Origin: a virus
IMG/VR virus record: IMGVR_UViG_3300032323_001868
Span: 25,762 to 89,761 of that record
Direction: 5' to 3' (one strand)
DNA length: 64,000 bases
Numbering within the stretch: position 1 is the first letter of the stretch; every line of letters begins with the position of its first letter. Below the pieces are notes generated by a model that searched no databases, was not told where the DNA came from, and saw only the letters and a program-made list of their open reading frames with translations. The translations under genes were made by a program, and so were the position numbers. Below are positions 26,290 through 37,144 of the stretch, piece after piece.

Positions 26290-26975
26290 AGTACACCATT
26301 ATGAAAGTAAATGATCGTGCTATAGAAAACATAAAGCACAATCACAATGTATTAAAAAGTTTTGATTACATAGATGATATCAACTTTTTTAATGGAAATA
26401 CTGAAAATGGCTTTAATGTGTTAAATAATATGGGTATTAGGCTAGATACATGGCACCCATATGATGGAAGATTAACTGACCCACTTCCAGGAGAATACGG
26501 AGTTTGGGTAAGCACTATTAACTTATGGAAATATATTGTTGATAATAGTATAGAAACTCTATTAGTATTGGAAGACGATATAATTTTGCAAGAAAATTTT
26601 TTAGAAAATTTAAATTTATGCTTAAATGATTTGCCAAAAAACTTTGATTTTTTATCTTTATATTATTTTCAAGGTCAAAACGAAGAATCAGAAATGGTTA
26701 ACATTGGATCTGAGTTTATTCAAAAATCTAATAACCAGTATTCAGCAGCCCAAGCGATGATATATTCTTATGTTGGAGCAAAAAAACTTCTTAAGTTAAT
26801 AAATAGAAAAGGCATGGAGTATACAAATGATTGTTTTATTTATAGACAGTCTTTAGAAGGACTAGTAAATGGGTATTCCATTAAAGGACAAAATGATTTA
26901 TTTTTAACACATTCTCACAAACAAATAGAGTCAATTATAGATCCAACAAACTTTAGAAACACAGAGGATGTCTAA
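26286..26975 (+). CDS. GT25-like glycosyltransferase
   Basis: GEYGVW.S...LW, LVLEDD, AMIYS..GA.KLL...D. Confidence 0.8.
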   Translation: MKYTIMKVNDRAIENIKHNHNVLKSFDYIDDINFFNGNTENGFNVLNNMGIRLDTWHPYDGRLTDPLPGEYGVWVSTINLWKYIVDNSIETLLVLEDDIILQENFLENLNLCLNDLPKNFDFLSLYYFQGQNEESEMVNIGSEFIQKSNNQYSAAQAMIYSYVGAKKLLKLINRKGMEYTNDCFIYRQSLEGLVNGYSIKGQNDLFLTHSHKQIESIIDPTNFRNTEDV

Positions 26976-27808
26976 TGAATATAACTTTTATAAGTTTTGC
27001 AAGCAATTCTTGGAAAAATTCTTTTACCAGAATTAAATCGCAAATAGATGGATTGGAAATTTTTTCAAATATTGTTTTATTTGATGAGCATATGTTAAAA
27101 AATAAAACCAATTTTTATGAAGAAAATAAAACCATATTCAATGTTTTTCCAAAAGCGTATGGTGGCGGAATATGGAAGCCATACATAATAGAAAAGTGTT
27201 TTGAAATTTATCCTGAAACAGATCTATTCTTTTATTCAGATAGTGGAAATGAATTTTTTTTTAATGCAGAAAATAAAAATAGATTTAATCAATACACAGA
27301 AAAAGCAATAAGAGATTCATTTTTAGCATTTCGTGGCCCAGTTTTAGAAAATAAGTACAGCCACTGTTCTGTAATTAATGAAATTTATCCTAATGCAAAA
27401 GACACAAAGCAGTTCAATTCTGGAACATTGTTTATAAAAAACAATAAAGTTGGAAAAAAAATAATTGAAGATTGGAAATATTTTTGTATAAAAGATAACT
27501 ATAGGTTAATTTTGTGTGAAGAAAAATGCTGTGATGATTTTTATACAAACATATATGATCAATCTATTCTTTCTTGTATATTAAAAAAATATAACATAGA
27601 AGGAATTCAAGACGAATGTGATTGGTTTTTAAGTCCCCCAATGTCTAAAGAAAAAAATATAAAAAAAATACAGGGGTATCCAATTTTTAATGCTAGGAAC
27701 CCATACAAATACTCTATAATTGATAAATGTTTAAAATACCACGACGGAGTTAAGTGTGTTCATTTTGACAACGATAAGTATTGCGAAGACACAGTTATTT
27801 TGAGATAA
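26975..27808 (+). CDS. putative GT-A glycosyltransferase
   Basis: G..IWKPYII, YSDSG, W...C and DQSILS motifs. Confidence 0.65.
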   Translation: MNITFISFASNSWKNSFTRIKSQIDGLEIFSNIVLFDEHMLKNKTNFYEENKTIFNVFPKAYGGGIWKPYIIEKCFEIYPETDLFFYSDSGNEFFFNAENKNRFNQYTEKAIRDSFLAFRGPVLENKYSHCSVINEIYPNAKDTKQFNSGTLFIKNNKVGKKIIEDWKYFCIKDNYRLILCEEKCCDDFYTNIYDQSILSCILKKYNIEGIQDECDWFLSPPMSKEKNIKKIQGYPIFNARNPYKYSIIDKCLKYHDGVKCVHFDNDKYCEDTVILR

Positions 27809-27817
27809 GGATAAATA

Positions 27818-28498
27818 GTGATAGAAAAAATTGTTTATGATTTTGGTGCACACAATGGAAGCAATATTCCATACTATCTTGCTATATTTGATAAAGTTAT
27901 TGCAGTAGAGGCAAACCCAACACTATCTAATGAAATTGTTAACAAGTTTAAGAACGAAATAGACAGCAATAGGCTGGTTGTTTTAAACAATGTCATATCA
28001 TTAAAATCAGAAATGGTTGATTTCTATATACATGAGCACAACTCTGTTCTTAGTCAATTTCCAGTTCCAAGTGACATTGAAAATTTTAAAAAAATTTATA
28101 TTGAATCAAAAACCCCATCAGAAATTATAAATACGTATGGTGATCCAGAATATGTTAAAATAGATGTAGAGCATACAGATGCAGAGATTCTTAAAGATTT
28201 ATTTATAAATAAAATATTTCCAAGGTATATTTCTGCAGAAGTTCACGATGTTACTGTTTTTAGCCTACTAACCTCATCTAACGTGTATAACAGTTATAAA
28301 ATTTTAGATGGAAAAAGTATTAGCAGCATTTATGAAAACATAAACATAAATGAAAAAAAATATAGTTTTCCATTTCATTCAGCAGGACCAATGTTTGAAG
28401 ACATAAAGTCTCCAGAACTAAATAAAGAACAATTGTTTTATTTACTTGCAGAAGAAAGGTTGGGGTGGAAAGACATTCATGCCAAGAGGTCATACTAA
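27818..28498 (+). CDS. FkbM-family SAM methyltransferase
   Basis: YDFGAHNG, AVEANP, YVKIDVE. Confidence 0.88.
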   Translation: MIEKIVYDFGAHNGSNIPYYLAIFDKVIAVEANPTLSNEIVNKFKNEIDSNRLVVLNNVISLKSEMVDFYIHEHNSVLSQFPVPSDIENFKKIYIESKTPSEIINTYGDPEYVKIDVEHTDAEILKDLFINKIFPRYISAEVHDVTVFSLLTSSNVYNSYKILDGKSISSIYENININEKKYSFPFHSAGPMFEDIKSPELNKEQLFYLLAEERLGWKDIHAKRSY

Positions 28499-28499
28499 A

Positions 28500-29405
28500 A
28501 TGACACTATCGCTTGTTACTGGTGGTGCAGGGTTTATTGGGTCTAACTTAGTAGATAAGTTGATTGAATTAGGACATAGGGTTATTGCTATAGACAATGA
28601 ATCTTCAGAATGCCATGATCAATTTTATTGGAACGAAAAGGCACAAAATTACAAGTATGATATCTGTGACTACGACTTGATTGCTCCACTATTTGATAAA
28701 GTTGATTATGTTTTTCATCTGGCTTCAGATGCAAGAATTCAGCCAGCAATTGTTAATCCTAAAAAATCTATTGAGTCAAACATTTTAGGTACAACAAATG
28801 TAATAGAACTTTCTAGAAAAAATAACATAAAAAGATTTATTTATTCAAGTACATCTTCAGCATATGGCAAAAATAATACGGTACCAAATGTTGAGGATCA
28901 ACATCCAGATCCTTTGACCCCGTATTCTTCTGCAAAAGTATTTGGAGAACATCTTTGTAAAATATATAGTAGTTTATACAACCTAAACACAATATCCTTA
29001 AGGTATTTTAATGTTTATGGGAATAGACAACCACTTAAAGGCCAATACGCTCCAGTTGTTGGATTATTTTTAAGGCAAAGAATAGAGGGGGTTCCACTAA
29101 CAATTGTTGGGGATGGAGAGCAAAAAAGAGATTTTACTCATATATCAGATGTTGTAAATGCAAACATTATTGCAGCAATACAGTACTTGCCCGATTCTTG
29201 CTACGGTCAAGTTTACAACATAGGAACTGGCAAAAACTATTCAATTAATCAGATTGCTGGTTCTATCTCTAGCCTAGTAAAGTTTGTGCCAGAAAGGCCA
29301 GGAGAATCCCGTATTACTCTTGCAAATAATGATAAGGCAAAGGAAATTTTTGGGTGGTACCCAACAGTAGACCTGTTAGACTGGATATACAAACAAAATC
29401 ATTAA
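28500..29405 (+). CDS. NAD-dependent nucleotide-sugar epimerase/dehydratase
   Basis: VTGGAGFIGS, STSSAYG, PYSSAK, LRYFNVYG, RDFTHI.D. Confidence 0.93.
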   Translation: MTLSLVTGGAGFIGSNLVDKLIELGHRVIAIDNESSECHDQFYWNEKAQNYKYDICDYDLIAPLFDKVDYVFHLASDARIQPAIVNPKKSIESNILGTTNVIELSRKNNIKRFIYSSTSSAYGKNNTVPNVEDQHPDPLTPYSSAKVFGEHLCKIYSSLYNLNTISLRYFNVYGNRQPLKGQYAPVVGLFLRQRIEGVPLTIVGDGEQKRDFTHISDVVNANIIAAIQYLPDSCYGQVYNIGTGKNYSINQIAGSISSLVKFVPERPGESRITLANNDKAKEIFGWYPTVDLLDWIYKQNH

Positions 29406-29433
29406 CAGTATAAATCCATGATATAATTCATAC

Positions 29434-29880
29434 ATGGCACAAGTATCAATTCCAACGGTAAAGACCAAGTTCGAGACTGGGGACCGCCCAAGTCAGCAAG
29501 ATTACATCGATTTAATCGATACCACTGCGGGACAAGCAACCAACCTTGGCTCTTTCGGTAATAACGAAAACACAATCAGCGATATTACAAACGTAACTGT
29601 TTTTGATAACTTTGATGCAACACAGTGGAGAATGGTGAAGTACATCATCTCCATAGCAAAGACTTCTGCTGGCGATAATAAGTTCTACGCCACAGAGATG
29701 ACCATCCTTGTTGACGGAGAAGATGTTTCTGTCAGCGAGTATGGAACTATAGACACCGATGGGAATATTGGCACCATTAGCGTCTCCAGGGTTAGTAACA
29801 CGGTTGCCCTCACTGTTACACCAGCCCAAGGAATAACCCCTATCACCCTACGTTATGCACGTATTGGGTTGAAGGCTTAA
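29434..29880 (+). CDS. virion structural protein
   Basis: KFETGDRPSQQDYIDLID N-motif; C-domain resembles the C-terminus of 29897..32263. Confidence 0.7.
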   Translation: MAQVSIPTVKTKFETGDRPSQQDYIDLIDTTAGQATNLGSFGNNENTISDITNVTVFDNFDATQWRMVKYIISIAKTSAGDNKFYATEMTILVDGEDVSVSEYGTIDTDGNIGTISVSRVSNTVALTVTPAQGITPITLRYARIGLKA

Positions 29881-29896
29881 CTAAAGGAGATAAAAA

Positions 29897-32263
29897 ATGG
29901 CAACAGTCAACAAAGACTTTAAAATCAAGCATGGTCTTGTAGTTGAAGGTACAAAAGGTACAATCAACGGTGAAGACATTCTTACAAAAGCAGTAGCAGA
30001 TCAAAATTACATTATTGGTCTTATTGGTGGTTCAGCAACACCAGACGCTGATCCAGACACAGTAGTACTTCGTGATGAAAATGCAGATTTCTCTGCAAAC
30101 ATGATTACTTCAGATCTTACTGGTGATGTTACTGGTCAAGTTTCAGATATTTCAAACCACGATACAGATGATCTTTCAGAAGGTACAACAAACAAGTATT
30201 ACACAGATTCTCGTGTTAAGGATGTTCTTACAGGAGCAACAAAGACAAATATCCAGATTACAAATGTTGCTGGAGAACTTATTATTACCGCTGAAAATGG
30301 CGTAGCAGATTCAGATACAGATGATCTCACAGAAGGTACCACAAACAAGTACTTTACAGATACTCGTGCTAAGGATGCAGTCGCTGCAGCCCTTGGTGAT
30401 GGTATTGAGTATACAAATGGATCTTTTGATGTACAGTTTAGCAATGGTATTACAATTGGTGGCGGTACAGGAAACGAACTTATTGTTGATCGCAATGAAG
30501 TAGACAACTGGTACGAAGCATCAGGTGCAGTATCAACACACAATGACCTTACAACTGGAGTACATGGTGTAACTGGCAATGTTGTTGGTACAACTGATAC
30601 ACAGGATCTCTCAAACAAGCGTTTCATTGATACAGTTTACTTCACAGATGGAGTAACAATTAACAATGAAGCAGAAATCGCTGTTCGTGCAGAAAGCCAT
30701 GACTTTGATGTTCAGGCTAACTACGGAGATCTTCACCTTAAGACAGTAGCAGCAGATTCTGATGTTCAGATTACATCAACATATGGAGATATTCTTCTTA
30801 ATCCAAATGCTGCTGGAGGAAAGAAAGCATACTACGGCTCTGCTTCAGCAGAACATGAGATTGCAACTCACTCATATGTAGACAATGCAATTTCTGGTCT
30901 TGACTGGAAGAATGCAGCACATGTAAAGATTGATTCAAATGTTAACAATCTTTCGGCTGCTGCTGGTACATACGATGGACATACCCTTACAACAGCAGAT
31001 GCTGGACTTAGAGTACTTCTTGTAGGTCAAACAACAGATTCACAAAATGGTATTTATACTATTTCTAATGTTGCAGGAGACGTAGTATTAACTCGTTCAA
31101 CAGATGCCGATGCATTTGGAGAACTTCTTGGTGCAGCAATATACATTGCAGAAGGTACACAGTACGGTGGAACCTCTTGGGTACAAAGCAATGCTTACTT
31201 AACTGATTTCTCAGGACAAAACTGGACACAGTTCTCAGGTCAAGGTTCTGTAACAGCAGGCGACGGAATCACAGTAGATGGTCTTCAAGTTTCAATTGAC
31301 CGTACAACTGTTGATGACTGGTATGAGGCAGCAGGTGCAGTTTCAACTCACTCAGCACTCACAACTGGTGTTCATGGTGTATCTGGTGATGTTGTAGGAA
31401 CTTCTGATTCTCAAACTCTTACAAATAAGTCAATTGATGCTTCAAGCAATACCCTTTCAAATATTGGTAACTCATCACTTACAAACTCATCAATTGATAT
31501 CAATGGATACACAACATCACTTGGTGGTACTGTAGACCTTGATACTGATGATGTTTCTGAGACTGCATCAAACCAGTACTTTACAAACCAAAGAGCGCTT
31601 GATGCAACATCAGCAGCATACGACGCAACTGGTACAGCGCAAAATCTTATTTCTGCACTTAGTACAGATGATATTGAAGAGGGTGCAATTAACGAGTACT
31701 TTACAGATGCTCGTGCAGCCGCTGCAGCAGCAGCACTTTTGACCTCTGCAAATCAGACAAACATCTCAATCACAGGAACAGGTGCAGGACTTACTATCAC
31801 CGCAGAAAACGGTGTAGCAGATTCTGATACTGATGATCTAACAGAAGGTACAAACAACCTATACTTCTCAGATCAGAGAGCAATTGATGCACTTCAGAAT
31901 ACAACACCAGTATTCTCAGCAGTTGATATTGACTCAGTTGCTAAGCAGATTGCAGCAACAGTTTCTGCCCCAACAGGTGGATCACAGATTACTGCTTATG
32001 AGTTTGCAAAGGCAGACTATCGTTCAGCAAAGTTCCTTATAAAGACCGCATACGGGACACATACAGAACTTACAGAAGTTCTTCTTACACTTGATTCATC
32101 TGACAATATTGCAATCACAGAGTATGCAACTATTGGAACAAATGGTTCATCAATGACTGTAACAGCAGACATTTATGGTCCAACAAACAACAATGTAAGA
32201 CTTCGTGTAACACCCGTCAACAATGATTCAACAATCACTGTTTTCGGAACACTACTAGCATAA
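29897..32263 (+). CDS. long fibre protein with internal repeats
   Basis: Five (D)TDDxxE...NxY(F/Y)T repeats, a duplicated WYEA.GAVSTH...GVHGV block and an RVLL.GQT...QNGIY domain. Confidence 0.8.
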   Translation: MATVNKDFKIKHGLVVEGTKGTINGEDILTKAVADQNYIIGLIGGSATPDADPDTVVLRDENADFSANMITSDLTGDVTGQVSDISNHDTDDLSEGTTNKYYTDSRVKDVLTGATKTNIQITNVAGELIITAENGVADSDTDDLTEGTTNKYFTDTRAKDAVAAALGDGIEYTNGSFDVQFSNGITIGGGTGNELIVDRNEVDNWYEASGAVSTHNDLTTGVHGVTGNVVGTTDTQDLSNKRFIDTVYFTDGVTINNEAEIAVRAESHDFDVQANYGDLHLKTVAADSDVQITSTYGDILLNPNAAGGKKAYYGSASAEHEIATHSYVDNAISGLDWKNAAHVKIDSNVNNLSAAAGTYDGHTLTTADAGLRVLLVGQTTDSQNGIYTISNVAGDVVLTRSTDADAFGELLGAAIYIAEGTQYGGTSWVQSNAYLTDFSGQNWTQFSGQGSVTAGDGITVDGLQVSIDRTTVDDWYEAAGAVSTHSALTTGVHGVSGDVVGTSDSQTLTNKSIDASSNTLSNIGNSSLTNSSIDINGYTTSLGGTVDLDTDDVSETASNQYFTNQRALDATSAAYDATGTAQNLISALSTDDIEEGAINEYFTDARAAAAAAALLTSANQTNISITGTGAGLTITAENGVADSDTDDLTEGTNNLYFSDQRAIDALQNTTPVFSAVDIDSVAKQIAATVSAPTGGSQITAYEFAKADYRSAKFLIKTAYGTHTELTEVLLTLDSSDNIAITEYATIGTNGSSMTVTADIYGPTNNNVRLRVTPVNNDSTITVFGTLLA

Positions 32264-32280
32264 TTAACGAGGAGTAAGAG

Positions 32281-32733
32281 ATGGCAACAGTAGACAAAGA
32301 CTTTAAAGTAAAGAATGGATTGGTCGTATCACTCGGCGGTTCATTTGGAGGAACAGTCACTGTTGCCACTCCTACCCTTGGAGATCATGCAGCCACTAAA
32401 GACTATGTAGATGCTCGTCCAGTATCAATACCTGTAGACGATCTACCACCAGTCTCACCATCTAATGGAGACCTATGGTTTGATAGTGTTACCGAAAGAG
32501 TTCATGTTTATTACGCAAGCGAGTGGGTAGCCATTGCTACACTTGCTGACTCAGAAGTTTTGAGGGATCACATTCATGATACTTCAATTGACGGCACAGG
32601 ACTAATAGTAAGTACATTCGTTTCTGGTGGTTCATATGACGAACCAGGAGTGCTTGTAAGTGCTGGAAGTTACAATACTACAACGTGGGAAGCAGTGTGG
32701 GACGGCGGATCGTCAATAGATAATTTTAATTAA
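32281..32733 (+). CDS. short fibre or virion protein
   Basis: N-terminus MATVDKDFKVKNGLVV matches 29897; HAATKDYVD, GDLWFDS. Confidence 0.75.
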   Translation: MATVDKDFKVKNGLVVSLGGSFGGTVTVATPTLGDHAATKDYVDARPVSIPVDDLPPVSPSNGDLWFDSVTERVHVYYASEWVAIATLADSEVLRDHIHDTSIDGTGLIVSTFVSGGSYDEPGVLVSAGSYNTTTWEAVWDGGSSIDNFN

Positions 32734-32777
32734 TTATCTGTTATAATATAGTTACTAATATACGGAGGAGTATATAA

Positions 32778-34928
32778 ATGGCAACAAGAATGCAACAGCG
32801 CAGAGGTACCGAAGCGCAATGGATTTCCACCAATAATGGAAACGGACCAGTACTTAATGCTGGTGAAATTGGTTTTGAAACAGACACCAATAGGTTTAAG
32901 ATTGGTGATGGAGTAAACCACTGGGTAGACCTTAACTACTTTGCTGACTCAGTTGAACTTGGTGGCAGCATCGATGACTATATTCCTCTAACACAAAAGG
33001 GTGCCAACAACGGTGTTGCAGAACTTGACAATACTGGCAAAATTCCTTCATCACAAATCCCAGCACTTGTAGGTTTAGATTCAGAAATTACAACTGCTGT
33101 TAACAATGCAGTTTCTGCATTGGTAGATGGAGCACCAGGCGCACTTAATACACTTAATGAACTTGCAGCAGCACTAAATGATGACGCAAATTTTGCTGCA
33201 ACAGTTGCTACTGCTTTTGGAGACATTGACGCAGCGATTACCCTTATTAATAATAACAAGGCTGAGACTTCTGCTGTTGCAGGATTAGCAGTTGATGCGG
33301 TAGCAGGAGCATTAACCGAAGGTTCAGGAATTGATATTACTCATGATGCTCAAGGGGATATAATTACAATTGATGTTAAATCAACAATTGCAACAAAAAC
33401 CTACTCAGATGATGCGGTATCAACCCATAATCAAGACACCACAAATGTACACGGTATTGATGACACAGCAGTTCTTGTAACATTTAACGGAACACAGACA
33501 ATTGCCAACAAGACTCTTAATGATCCAACAATTGTTGTAGATCCTTCAGGAGCAAATATTTCAATTTCATCAACTGAGTTGGGATATCTTAACGGAGTAA
33601 CATCAAACATTCAAGATCAGTTAGATGATAAAGTATTGTCTGCAGATATTGCAGCAGCAGCACAGGATGCAGTTGGTGGATCTATTGGAACTGGCCTTGC
33701 ATACGATACAAATACGAACATACTTTCTGTAGACCAAACAGCAATTCAAATTCGTGTAGCAAATGTTTCAGATACCGAAATTGGATATCTTAACGGAGTT
33801 ACTTCGGGAATCCAAACACAGTTGGATGCTAAGGCATCAGCAACTAGCCCAACAATTTCATCTTCTTTAACTTTAGATGGCACTGGAGACTTTACAATCT
33901 CAGCAGACGCAAACATTGTTTTTGATGCAGATACAGAGGTATATATTGGTTCTGCAGCATCTGGAAATGAAGTTGCAACAAAGTCATACGTAGACTCAGG
34001 GCTTTCAGATAAACTTGACTCAGCAACTGCAGCAACAACATATGCAGAACTCGATGGAGCAAACTTTACAGGTAACGTAGAAGTTGATGGAAATCTTGTA
34101 GTAGACGGAGACTTTACTGTAAATGGTACAAACTTCTCAGCATCTGCAACAACAATTACAATTGAAGATAACCTTGTACAACTTGCTCACCAAAATTCAG
34201 CAAACACAGTAGACCTTGGTCTTGTAGTTGCTTATAATGATGGTGCAGCAAAGCATGCAGGTATCGTAAGAGACGTATCAGAGGCTAAATGGAAGTTGTT
34301 CAAGGGAGTTTCAACAGAACCTTCAACAGTCGTAGCATTTGGCGAAGGATCGCTTGACGACCTGCAAGTTGCGGGATTTGAAGCATCATCAGCAACTATT
34401 GGAGATGTATCAAATACAGAACTTCAGTACCTCAATGGTGTAACTTCAGCAATTCAGACACAGTTAAATGCTAAGGCACCAACTGCTGACCCAACATTTA
34501 CTGGTACAGTATCTGGTGTAACAAAGGCTCATGTTGGTCTTGGTAACGTAGATAACACATCAGATGCTAACAAGCCAGTATCAACTGCAACACAGACAGC
34601 ACTTGATGCTAAGGCAAACGCACTTGTTACAATCGATCCAGAGACTGCATCATATACTCTAATTCTTTCAAATCGTGAACAAATGGTTGAAATGAATGTC
34701 GGTTCTGCAAATACACTTACAGTTCCTACAAACTCAAGCGTAGCATTCCCAATCGGAACAAGAATCCACGTCGTTCAAACAGGCTCAGGACAAACCACAA
34801 TTACCCCAGCATCTGGAGTAACTGTTAACGGTACACCTGGATTGAAGACAAGAGCACAGTGGTCTGCAGTAACTCTCGTAAAGCGAGGAACAGATACATG
34901 GGTTGCTTTCGGAGACTTGACAGCATAG
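32778..34928 (+). CDS. tail fibre with an Mtd-N/hyaluronidase-type N-terminal anchor
   Basis: QQRRGT..QW...GEIGFETDT.RFKIGDG; APGALNTLNELAAAL; three TE..YLNGVTS.IQ.QL repeats; C-terminal W...GDL. Confidence 0.85.
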   Translation: MATRMQQRRGTEAQWISTNNGNGPVLNAGEIGFETDTNRFKIGDGVNHWVDLNYFADSVELGGSIDDYIPLTQKGANNGVAELDNTGKIPSSQIPALVGLDSEITTAVNNAVSALVDGAPGALNTLNELAAALNDDANFAATVATAFGDIDAAITLINNNKAETSAVAGLAVDAVAGALTEGSGIDITHDAQGDIITIDVKSTIATKTYSDDAVSTHNQDTTNVHGIDDTAVLVTFNGTQTIANKTLNDPTIVVDPSGANISISSTELGYLNGVTSNIQDQLDDKVLSADIAAAAQDAVGGSIGTGLAYDTNTNILSVDQTAIQIRVANVSDTEIGYLNGVTSGIQTQLDAKASATSPTISSSLTLDGTGDFTISADANIVFDADTEVYIGSAASGNEVATKSYVDSGLSDKLDSATAATTYAELDGANFTGNVEVDGNLVVDGDFTVNGTNFSASATTITIEDNLVQLAHQNSANTVDLGLVVAYNDGAAKHAGIVRDVSEAKWKLFKGVSTEPSTVVAFGEGSLDDLQVAGFEASSATIGDVSNTELQYLNGVTSAIQTQLNAKAPTADPTFTGTVSGVTKAHVGLGNVDNTSDANKPVSTATQTALDAKANALVTIDPETASYTLILSNREQMVEMNVGSANTLTVPTNSSVAFPIGTRIHVVQTGSGQTTITPASGVTVNGTPGLKTRAQWSAVTLVKRGTDTWVAFGDLTA

Positions 34929-34979
34929 TACTTAATAAAAACAAAAGCACTTAACCTAAAGTTAAGGTTAAGAAGTTAA

Positions 34980-35010
34980 AACCCCGCATAACAGTGGGGT
35001 TTTTTCTTTT
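34980..35010 (+). terminator. intrinsic terminator
   Basis: AACCCCGC...GTGGGGTT stem followed by a T tract. Confidence 0.85.
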
Positions 35011-35089
35011 GAAATCTGTGATATACTTAACACTACTTTGGAAATTGCAAAGTACTCAACTAATTTTTGCTATGAAAGGTAAATAATAA

Positions 35090-37123
35090 ATGTCAGAAAC
35101 CGTATTCTCTTTTCGTCTTTCAGATGAATTTGTAAATAAATATAATAATACTCCAGCCCCATTTGGATTCTCAGATGCGGGGTCTAACTCATTAGGAGAG
35201 ATTACATTTATTCGTACATATTCTCGTGTTAAAGAAGACGGAACTAAGGAACGCTGGCATGAGGTTTGCCGTCGTGTAATCGAGGGTATGTATTCAGTGC
35301 AGAAGAATCATGCTAAGGATAACCGACTACCATGGAATGATAATAAGGCACAGAAATCTGCTCAAGAAGCCTTCCAAAGAATGTTTGAATTAAAGTGGAC
35401 CCCACCAGGTCGTGGTCTCTGGGCATTTGGTACTCCTATGACTATGGAGAAGCGTAACTCTGCTTCCCTTCAAAACTGTGCAATGGTCTCTACTCGTGAC
35501 ATTGATCGTAATGATCCAGGAGCCCTATTTGCATGGGTTATGGATGCTCTTATGCTGGGTATCGGAGTAGGGTTTGACACCCTTGGACAAGACAAGCAGA
35601 TGTCTATTTATGCTCCTACAGAACCAGCCTCAATTTATGAAATCCCAGACACCCGTGAAGGCTGGGTAGAATCTGTTCGTATTTTGATTAACTCATTTTT
35701 ACGTCAGAATCAGCCAATTCAAGAGTTTAACTATGACCTTATCCGTCCTCTAGGAGCCCCTATTAAGGGCTTTGGAGGCGTTGCAAGCGGTCCACAGCCA
35801 CTTATTGATCTCCATACACGCATTCGTAATGTAATCGGTTCTAGAGCAGGAGAAGCCTTAGACAGTCGTGCTATTGTAGATATTGTTAATCTTATTGGTA
35901 CCTGTGTTGTTTCTGGAAATGTTCGTCGTTCTGCTACTCTTGCTTTGGGTACACCAGAAGATGAGGGTTTTATTAATCTTAAGAATCCAGAAGTATTCCC
36001 AGAAAGAAATTCATACGATCCAGAAAAGCCAGGTTGGGCATGGATGAGTAATAACTCAATTGCTGCCGAAGTTGGAACTAAGTATGAAGATTATGTAGAT
36101 TTAATTGCAGACAACGGAGAACCAGGATTTATCTGGCTTGATGTTGCTCGTAATTATGGCCGTCTTGCGGATGCTCCTGATTATAAGGACACTCGAATTA
36201 TGGGCTTCAATCCTTGTGCGGAGCAGCCATTGGAAAGTTACGAATTGTGTACACTTGTAGAAGTGCATCTTAATCGTCATGAATCCAAGGAGGATTTCCT
36301 CAAGACATTGAAGTTTGCTTATCTTTATGGAAAGACTGTAACACTTATGCCAACACATTGGCAGCAGACAAACGGTATTATGCAACGTAATCGTCGTATT
36401 GGTACATCACTTACAGGTATTGCTGCATTTGCTGATGAGCATGGACTTCCAGTTATTCGTGAATGGATGGACGAAGGATATAATACAATTCGTAAATATG
36501 ATCATTCATATTCTGAGTGGCTGTGTGTTCGTGAATCAGTTCGTGTAACAACAGTTAAGCCATCAGGATCTGTGTCACTTCTTTCTGGCGCTACTCCTGG
36601 AGTTCACTGGGGACCTGGCGGAGAGTTTTATCTTCGTGCTATTCGTTTTGGTGACCAAGATCCAATGCTTCATTTGTTTAAAGCAGCAGGGTATAAGATT
36701 GAAGCAGACTTGGTATCAGCCAACACATCTGTAGTATATTTTCCAGTGGCATCAGGACATAAGCGTTCTGAAAAACAAGTTAGCCTATTTGAAAAAATTG
36801 GTTTGGCAGCAACCGCTCAAAAGTACTGGTCAGACAATGGTGTTTCTGTAACACTTTCATTTGACAAGGAAGAAGAAAAGAAGTTTGTTGCTCCAGCACT
36901 GAATATGTACGAGGGACAACTAAAGGCAGTTTCATTCCTTCCAATGGGTAATAAAACATATCCTCAACAGCCATATACAGAAATCACACGAGAAGAATAT
37001 AACTCATATGTAGGAACTATCGGTAAAATTGACTGGTCTGCTATCTATGATGGCAGGGATAACCTTGATGCAGAATCTGAGAAATATTGCTCTACAGATG
37101 CCTGCGAAATCAAGTTATACTAG
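35090..37123 (+). CDS. nrdJ: class II (adenosylcobalamin-dependent, monomeric RTPR-type) ribonucleotide reductase
   Basis: RTYSR, PPGRGLW, NCA, VVSGNVRRSA, NPCAEQ.L..ELC.L, TTVKPSGS, C-terminal CSTDAC; no beta subunit nearby. Confidence 0.93.
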   Translation: MSETVFSFRLSDEFVNKYNNTPAPFGFSDAGSNSLGEITFIRTYSRVKEDGTKERWHEVCRRVIEGMYSVQKNHAKDNRLPWNDNKAQKSAQEAFQRMFELKWTPPGRGLWAFGTPMTMEKRNSASLQNCAMVSTRDIDRNDPGALFAWVMDALMLGIGVGFDTLGQDKQMSIYAPTEPASIYEIPDTREGWVESVRILINSFLRQNQPIQEFNYDLIRPLGAPIKGFGGVASGPQPLIDLHTRIRNVIGSRAGEALDSRAIVDIVNLIGTCVVSGNVRRSATLALGTPEDEGFINLKNPEVFPERNSYDPEKPGWAWMSNNSIAAEVGTKYEDYVDLIADNGEPGFIWLDVARNYGRLADAPDYKDTRIMGFNPCAEQPLESYELCTLVEVHLNRHESKEDFLKTLKFAYLYGKTVTLMPTHWQQTNGIMQRNRRIGTSLTGIAAFADEHGLPVIREWMDEGYNTIRKYDHSYSEWLCVRESVRVTTVKPSGSVSLLSGATPGVHWGPGGEFYLRAIRFGDQDPMLHLFKAAGYKIEADLVSANTSVVYFPVASGHKRSEKQVSLFEKIGLAATAQKYWSDNGVSVTLSFDKEEEKKFVAPALNMYEGQLKAVSFLPMGNKTYPQQPYTEITREEYNSYVGTIGKIDWSAIYDGRDNLDAESEKYCSTDACEIKLY

Positions 37124-37144
37124 AGTTATGGTATACTGATGGTT

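Noticed and set aside
35030-35070. NrdR box or cobalamin riboswitch upstream of nrdJ
   Set aside because: Only a short TACTTTG/CAAAGTA hairpin is present; the leader is too short and does not match either consensus
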